Below, in pieces: positions 55,801 to 64,000 of a DNA stretch of 64,000 bases. Position 1 is the first letter of the stretch, and each line of letters opens with the position of its first letter. The notes under the pieces were generated by a model, which was given only the letters and a program-made list of their open reading frames with translations, was not told the origin of the DNA and did no database searches. Source of the DNA: Dictyostelium discoideum (Eukaryota); the NCBI GenBank assembly GCA_000004695.1, contig CM000151.3, forward strand, positions 8,064,001 to 8,128,000. The letters run 5' to 3'. A program made the position numbers and the translations under genes.

Positions 55801-57119
55801 GGAAGTTGATATATTTAAGTTGTTAAATGATGATGCTAAATTGCTCCCCTTATTATTTATATGGCTATTATATGATGATGTTTGTTGTGGATTTGAATTA
55901 AAATAGCCACCACTATTATTCATACAGCTTCTATTGTTATTATTTACCAAATGAGTACTACTATTCACTGATGCTCATAAATTTTGATTAGATGTTGATA
56001 CAAAACTTTCAAATTCAGAACATCATTACAAAATGTGAAAGAATTTTCGCTATTATTATTATTATTTCTTTTTTTTTTCACACCCAAACAACCAATACCA
56101 CTGCCACTATTATTCATAGCATTTTTATTACTTTTAAAATTAAATTATCATGAAGAATTTAATGAATCACCACTTATATTTGTATTGAATGCTCCAAAAT
56201 TTTGATTAGATGTTGTTGGTGATACAAAACTTTCAAGTTCAAAATCATTATCAATGTAAAAGAACCACCTCCTATCCTGGTTTAAAAAACAACCAGTGAT
56301 AACACAATAATTTTTTTTTTTTTTTTTTTTTTTAATTTTATTTTTATTTTTGTTTTTTTTCGAATTGGTGCCAAATTATTTTTCACCAAAATTGATGGGA
56401 TTACTAAATTTTCAACAAAAAAAAAAAATAAAACATCTTTTTTATTATTATGATAACAAAAAAAAAAAAATACCTTTATTATTAATAAAGAAAAAAAAAA
56501 ATTAAATAAATAAATAATAGTTAATTAATTATTATTATTTTATTTTATTTTTTTTTTTTTTATTTATCCATTTTATTTTTTTTTTTTTTTTTTTTTTGTT
56601 GAAAAAGTTCCAAACAAAAAAATTAAAAAATAAAAAAATCATGCGAAAAAAAAAAAAAACAGGTGAAAAATTTTGATTAGTTGAAACGGGTTTTAAATTT
56701 CTAACCCACCAAGTTATCACAAAAAAAAAAAAAAAAAAAAAAAACGATTTTTTTTATATTTTAAACTTTTTTTTTAAAAATATTTTACAATATTAAAATT
56801 TTTTTGTTTTTTTTTTATTTATTATTAAATAAAATACATACACACACACACACACACAATACACATAAATAATATTTTATTACAATAAAATAAAATAATA
56901 ATTTTACATTCAAATTTTGTTTAATAAACTAAAAAAAAAAAAAAAAAAAACAACAACAAACCCTCATAGCTTTTCGTTGTATCAACAAAAACACTTTGAT
57001 ACAACTGTATATATATTAGAAACAATTCCGTTAATTACCAATTTTTCAAACAATCGGAGTAACTACACACTCCAACAATTATCACCAGCAAAACAAAAAA
57101 AAAAAAGAAACAAAATTAA

Positions 57120-57152
<33 letters not shown>

Positions 57153-57318
57153 AAAAATCTTTTATATATATAAAAATAAATATTTATTTATATATATAAA
57201 AAAAAAAAAAAAAAAAAAAAAACACAAATATCAATATTTTATAATTTATACTCTCTTCTTTTATTATCAAATCCAATTTTTTAAAAAAATAAAAAAAAAA
57301 AAAAAAAAATAAAAAAAA

Positions 57319-58789
57319 ATGACAACAACAATTTCAAGTAATTTACCAAGTCAATTAGAAATTTCACCAACCAAATTATTAATTACTAAACAACCAATTA
57401 AATTAAGAGAATCCACAGAATCACCATTTAAATCAATGATGGATACTTTTAAGAATACAATAATTTCAACATCACCAACAGAATGTGAAGAATCATCATC
57501 ATCGACTATTACAACACCAAGTGAAGAATCCTTATCATCAGGTGAAGAGTCATCATCAATTTCAGATAGTGAATCAAAAATAATAACAATAGCAACTTTA
57601 TTGAAACCATCAAATAGTGTACAAGATTTTACACCATTATGTAACGGTGCACAAGAGACTGAAATCGTTAAAATTTCAAACTCAATCAATTTATCGAATT
57701 TCATAATTAAACATTTAGTTGGTAAAGGTGGATTTGGTAAAGTTTTTCAAGTGGTTCATGTCGATACTCAAAAGGTGTATGCACTAAAAGTCATTAAAAA
57801 GAATCATATCATCGCCAAGAAAAGTGTAGTAAATACATTAGCTGAAAAAGATATTCTAAAGAAGATTTCACATCCATTCATTGTCAATCTTCATTATGCA
57901 TTCCAAAATGAAAAGAAACTTTATTTAGTAATGGATTTCGTTAATGGCGGTCAATTATTTTATCATCTTCAAAAAGAAGCAATCTTCTCCGAAGATCAAG
58001 TTAGATTCTACATGGCTGAATTAATTTTAGCATTGGAACATCTTCATGACTCAAATATAGTTCATCGTGATTTAAAACCTGAAAATATCCTATTAGATTC
58101 TCAAGGTCATTGCATTCTAACTGATTTCGGTCTTGCAAAATTAGAAGTTAAAACAAATAATGAAACATTTAGTTTTGCTGGTACTTTAGAGTAAGTAAAT
58201 TTAAATATATAAAAAAAAAAAAAAAAAAGAAACACAAACATATTAACTTTTTTTTCTTTTTTTTTTTATTTTTTTTTTTTTTTTTATTAGATATATGGCA
58301 CCAGAAATGATTCAACATGCAACATGTGGTAAAGCAGTTGATTGGTGGAGTATTGGTATTTTAATGTATGATATGATGATTGGTAAACCACCATTTGAAC
58401 ATAAGAATCGTGCATTAATGCAAGAGAAAATCATTAGTGAGAAAGCAAAATTTCCAAAATTCGTTTCATCATCTGCTCGTTCATTAATTAATGGTTTACT
58501 CACTAAAGATCCAACTAAAAGATTAGGTGCAAATGGTGCAATTGAAATTAAAAGACATCCATTCTTTAAATCAATTCAATGGAGAAAGATTGAAAATAAA
58601 GAAATTACACCACCATTCGTCCCATCAACTAAAGGTATCGATGATATTAGTAATTTCGATCACGCATCTTTAAAAGCTCATCAAAGAGATTCTTTTTCAA
58701 CTTCCCCAACTTTATCATCTTCTCAACAAGCTTATTTTGATGGTTTTAGTTTTGTAAGAACTCCAGTTTTATTAGAATCTCAAAAATAA
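57319..58789 (+). CDS. AGC-family Ser/Thr protein kinase (PKB/SGK-like, no PH domain). Exons: 57319..58190 and 58291..58789.
   Basis: Kinase subdomains are present: GKGGFGKV, ALKVIKK, HRDLKPENILLD and DFGLAK. The activation loop GTLE/YMAPE is split by a 100-nt intron (GAG|GTAAGT ... tattag). An AGC C-terminal hydrophobic motif, FDGFSFV, is present. Confidence 0.85.
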
Positions 58790-59071
58790 TTTCATATTTA
58801 ATAATAATTATAATTAATTATTTAATAAATTATTATTAATATCATTCCAATTTAAATTAATTAAAAATGTGTTATTATTATTTTTTTTTTTTTTTTTTTT
58901 TAATTAAATTATTATTGATATCATTCCAACTAAAATTAATTAAAAAATGTGTTGTTATTATTATTATTTTTTTTTTTTTTTTTTAATCATTTTTTATTTT
59001 TTAATTTTTTTTTATTATTATATTATTATTATTATTATTTATTAATTAATCTCTTTTTTTTTTTTTTTATT

Positions 59072-59762
59072 TTAAACAATTGGTTGATTTTTTAAACGAA
59101 TTAAAATTTCTCTCATTCTTGAAGTATCTTTATTGGCTGGATTTGGTTTTGCTTGTAAATCGATCATTGAGACAACAGATTCCCAAGTGTGAGTAGTGTT
59201 ACCACTGGTTGAATCAGTTTCTAATGATTTATTATGATCCCTATTGTTTTTTAATGCTGTCTTTTTCTTTGCTTCACGTTCACTATAAAAATTATCTAAT
59301 GATTGTTTAGCTTCTGCAATCTTTTTTTGACGTTTTTCTTCAGATTTCTTTTTCTTTTCTTGCATTTCTTTTTCATGTTTTTCCAAATATTCTCTGTATG
59401 TTTTTACAAAATTGAGAAAAAAAAAAAAAAAAAAATTAATAAAAGAACAAATATTTTTTTTTTTTTTTTTCCTCTTTTTCTAAGTTTTAAAAAACATACC
59501 TCATTGCTGGTGCAGTTTCTTTTGGTTTCATGTCACCATCAACTGAGGATAAATCACCATCGAATCCACTATTATAGCTATTATTGTTATGGTTATTATT
59601 GTTATTGTTGTTGTTTGAGTTGTCAAATGTTGTGGTTTCAAATGAAATACCATTACCATCAACATATTCTACATTTCCATCGATTAAATCATTTTCATTG
59701 ATATCTCCTTCAACAAATTCTTCTGTGATTTCAACATTTTCTTCACCAAATGGATCTGACAT
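59072..59762 (-). CDS. clc: Clathrin light chain. Exons: 59762..59500 and 59396..59072.
   Basis: The C-terminus ...HTWESVVSMIDLQAKPNPANKDTSRMREILIRLKNQPIV matches the conserved clathrin-light-chain tail (...EWERVARLCDFNPK...AKDVSRMRSVLISLKQAPLV). The N-terminus is acidic. The intron has a GTATGT donor and a catacag acceptor. Confidence 0.7.
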
Positions 59763-60192
59763 TTTTTAAGTGTATATTATATAATTTATAAAAATTTAAA
59801 GTTGAAAAAAAAAAAAAAAAAAAAAAAAACTAAATAATATAAAAAAAAAAATTTAAAAAAAAAAAAATTAAAAAAAAAATATAAAAAAAAATAAAATTTT
59901 TTATTTTGAAAAAAAAATAATAAAAAAAAAAATAAAATTGAACTGCCACCTAAAAAACTTCTTTTTTAAACAAAAATATTTAATTTGTTTGAAGAGTTGA
60001 TATTTATTTGGTATATATAGACATTGTTTTTTTTTTTTATCTTAAATCTTTTTTTTTTTTTTTTTTACTTTTTAATTTTACTTTTTCTTATAAACATTTT
60101 ATTTAATTTTTTAAATCAAATTAATTTTTATTTTATTTTTTTTTTTTTTTTTATTTTTTTTTATTTTTATTTTTTTTTTTTTTTAATTTAAT

Positions 60193-60236
<44 letters not shown>

Positions 60237-60261
60237 CAAAATTTTTTATTTCCAAATTACA

Positions 60262-61395
60262 ATGAAAAGATTTATTTCAACAACAAGTTTACGTGTTTTA
60301 TCAAATTTAAATAAAAACAATAACAATAACAACAAGTTTAACAAATCAATTGTTGGAGTATTCAATAGAGAATTCTCAAGTTCAAATGAAGGATTAAATA
60401 AAGTTAATTTTGGTGAAAATAATAACTCATCCACCACTGAACCAACTAAAGTATTATTTAACGATTCACAATTTTATCAAGAGGATAAATATCAAGGTAT
60501 TTCAAAAGAACCATTTAGTAAAGAGATTGTTGATACTTTATTAGCAGATTTAAATCCAGACGATATTGAAATCAAACCAGATGGTTTAATTTATTTACCA
60601 GAGATCAAATATAGACGTATTTTAAATCAAGCATTCGGACCAGGAGGTTGGGCATTAAAACCATTCGGACCACCAGTTGTCGAGGGTAAAACATTGATTA
60701 GACCTTATGCACTCTATTGTTTAGGTAGATATGTAGCCGAATCCATTGGTGAGCAACAATACGTTCCAAATTCATTCATTTCATTTGCCACCGCCACTGA
60801 ATCTGCTAAATCCAATGCATTGGTTCGTTGTTGTAAAGATTTAGGTATTGGCTCAAGTCTTTGGGATCCAATTTTCATTCGTCAATGGAAATCTGAATAT
60901 GCCACAGAGAGATGGTGTGAAAATTCAAAAACAAAAGAAAGACGTTTGTTTTGGTTCCTTTCAAATCGTTCAGAAAATCAACTTCCATATCCATGGAAAG
61001 AATCTGATTTTAATCAAGTACCATCAAATTCATCATATTCATCATCATCATCATCAATAAATAACAATAGTAATAGTAGTAATAATAATAATAATAATAG
61101 TGATTCATCATCTTCAATAAATCAACCACAACAAGAAACAATTTCATATCATCAAGATGATTCATCTTCACCATCATCAAAAATTACAGAACAACAAGAT
61201 GATTCAGAAGATATTGATATCGATGATGTAGTACCACCACAATTAAAGAAATATGCAGGTAAAACATGGAGACAACTTGTTGCTGATCCAAAAGGTCTTA
61301 GTTATTTACAATGGGCTTCTTCATCATTCGATAATGCCCCCAAAATTAAAAGTCAAGCAACTGCAATTTTAGAATTTATCAATAAAAGTCAATAA
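60262..61395 (+). CDS. Mgm101-like mitochondrial genome maintenance (Rad52-related) protein with a mitochondrial presequence and an Asn/Ser-rich tail
   Basis: The presequence MKRFISTTSLRVLSNL is an amphipathic mitochondrial targeting signal. The conserved core is DIEIKPDGLIYLPEIKYRRILNQAFGPGGWALKPFGPP...LYCLGRYVAESIGEQQY. Confidence 0.7.
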   Translation: MKRFISTTSLRVLSNLNKNNNNNNKFNKSIVGVFNREFSSSNEGLNKVNFGENNNSSTTEPTKVLFNDSQFYQEDKYQGISKEPFSKEIVDTLLADLNPDDIEIKPDGLIYLPEIKYRRILNQAFGPGGWALKPFGPPVVEGKTLIRPYALYCLGRYVAESIGEQQYVPNSFISFATATESAKSNALVRCCKDLGIGSSLWDPIFIRQWKSEYATERWCENSKTKERRLFWFLSNRSENQLPYPWKESDFNQVPSNSSYSSSSSSINNNSNSSNNNNNNSDSSSSINQPQQETISYHQDDSSSPSSKITEQQDDSEDIDIDDVVPPQLKKYAGKTWRQLVADPKGLSYLQWASSSFDNAPKIKSQATAILEFINKSQ

Positions 61396-61464
61396 ATTAT
61401 TAAAATTTTAAAAAAAATAAAATTACTTTTTTATTTTTATTTTATTTTTCTCCATTATCGATTT

Positions 61465-63341
<1,877 letters not shown>

Positions 63342-63822
63342 CTAAAAAATTTTATTTTTTATTTTTATTTAATTAATTAATTAATTTTTTTAATTATAAT
63401 TTGTTATAATAATAATTATTATTTTTTATTAATAAAATTATTTTTTTAAAATTAAAATATATAATAAATTTAAAATTAAATTTTAAATTTTAAAATTTTT
63501 TTTTTTTTAATACCTTTATTTATTAAAAATATAAAAATTATAATTATATACAAATTTATAAAGAAATATTTCATTATTATTTTTATGAATTAATATTCGG
63601 AATTTCATAAAATTAAAAATTACTAATAAATTAAAAATTAAAAAATTAAATTCTAAAATTATTTATCTAAAATTATAATTATTTTATTTTTGAAATAATT
63701 ATAATTATATTTATAAATATTTATAAATAAATTTATTATATATATATATATATAAATTATATAAAGATCTTTAATTGGAGGGTGTGAAAATAAATAATTA
63801 GGTTGTTAAAGAAGAAAAGTAA

Positions 63823-63860
<38 letters not shown>

Positions 63861-64000
63861 TTTAAAAACATATATTAATAAAATAAATATTTAAAATTGA
63901 CAAATAAATAAAAATAATTTAATAAATTAAAATAGTTATGTTTATTAATTTTTTTTTTGTAGTTTACCAGTTGAGTATGTGTTGTTTGTGTGTGTGTGTC

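Overview
This window is an extremely AT-rich Dictyostelium-type nuclear region with short poly(A)-ending introns, (CAA)n/(AAT)n microsatellites that encode polyQ/polyN tracts, and long homopolymer spacers. It has dense housekeeping genes at both ends and an accessory-looking middle.

Housekeeping genes recognised from sequence:
- a cyclin-box protein
- NUBP1/Nbp35, an Fe-S cluster ATPase
- DPM3
- an NCS2 nucleobase permease
- a TerD-domain protein resembling CABP1
- a Rab-like GTPase
- an Amt ammonium transporter
- an AGC kinase
- clathrin light chain
- Mgm101

Accessory content:
- a tandemly duplicated pair of arylamine N-acetyltransferase genes (about 1.96 kb unit);
- a tandemly duplicated pair of F-box-like genes of unknown function;
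- a five-member cluster of paralogous type I membrane-protein genes: two on the minus strand (15.8-19.4 kb and 26.9-30.8 kb) and three on the plus strand (34.0-46.0 kb);
- a sixth, related gene that is partial at the 3' window edge.

Each cluster member has a signal peptide, an LRR-like N-terminal half, tenascin-type EGF repeats, an IPT/TIG domain, a conserved unknown domain and a C-terminal TM anchor. This resembles the tgr allorecognition family. The C-terminal halves are nearly identical at nucleotide level. The N-terminal halves and the tails are reshuffled among members. Two members are disrupted: one by a 20-bp tandem duplication and one by a nonsense change relative to its near-identical paralog.

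The minus-strand pair is split by a roughly 6.3-kb non-LTR retrotransposon. It carries an APE endonuclease plus RT ORF2 with a YADD motif, and starts about 50 bp upstream of a tRNA-His(GTG) gene on the opposite strand. That arrangement fits TRE5-type tRNA-targeted insertion. Its 3' module is tandemly duplicated.

Other structure of note:
- a perfect 60-bp palindrome lies between two cluster genes;
- a hairpin-bearing insertion lies downstream of the second F-box-like copy;
- several introns are filled with trinucleotide microsatellites, including a (TAG)n tract of about 135 bp.

Splice coordinates are derived by eye and may be off by a few bases.
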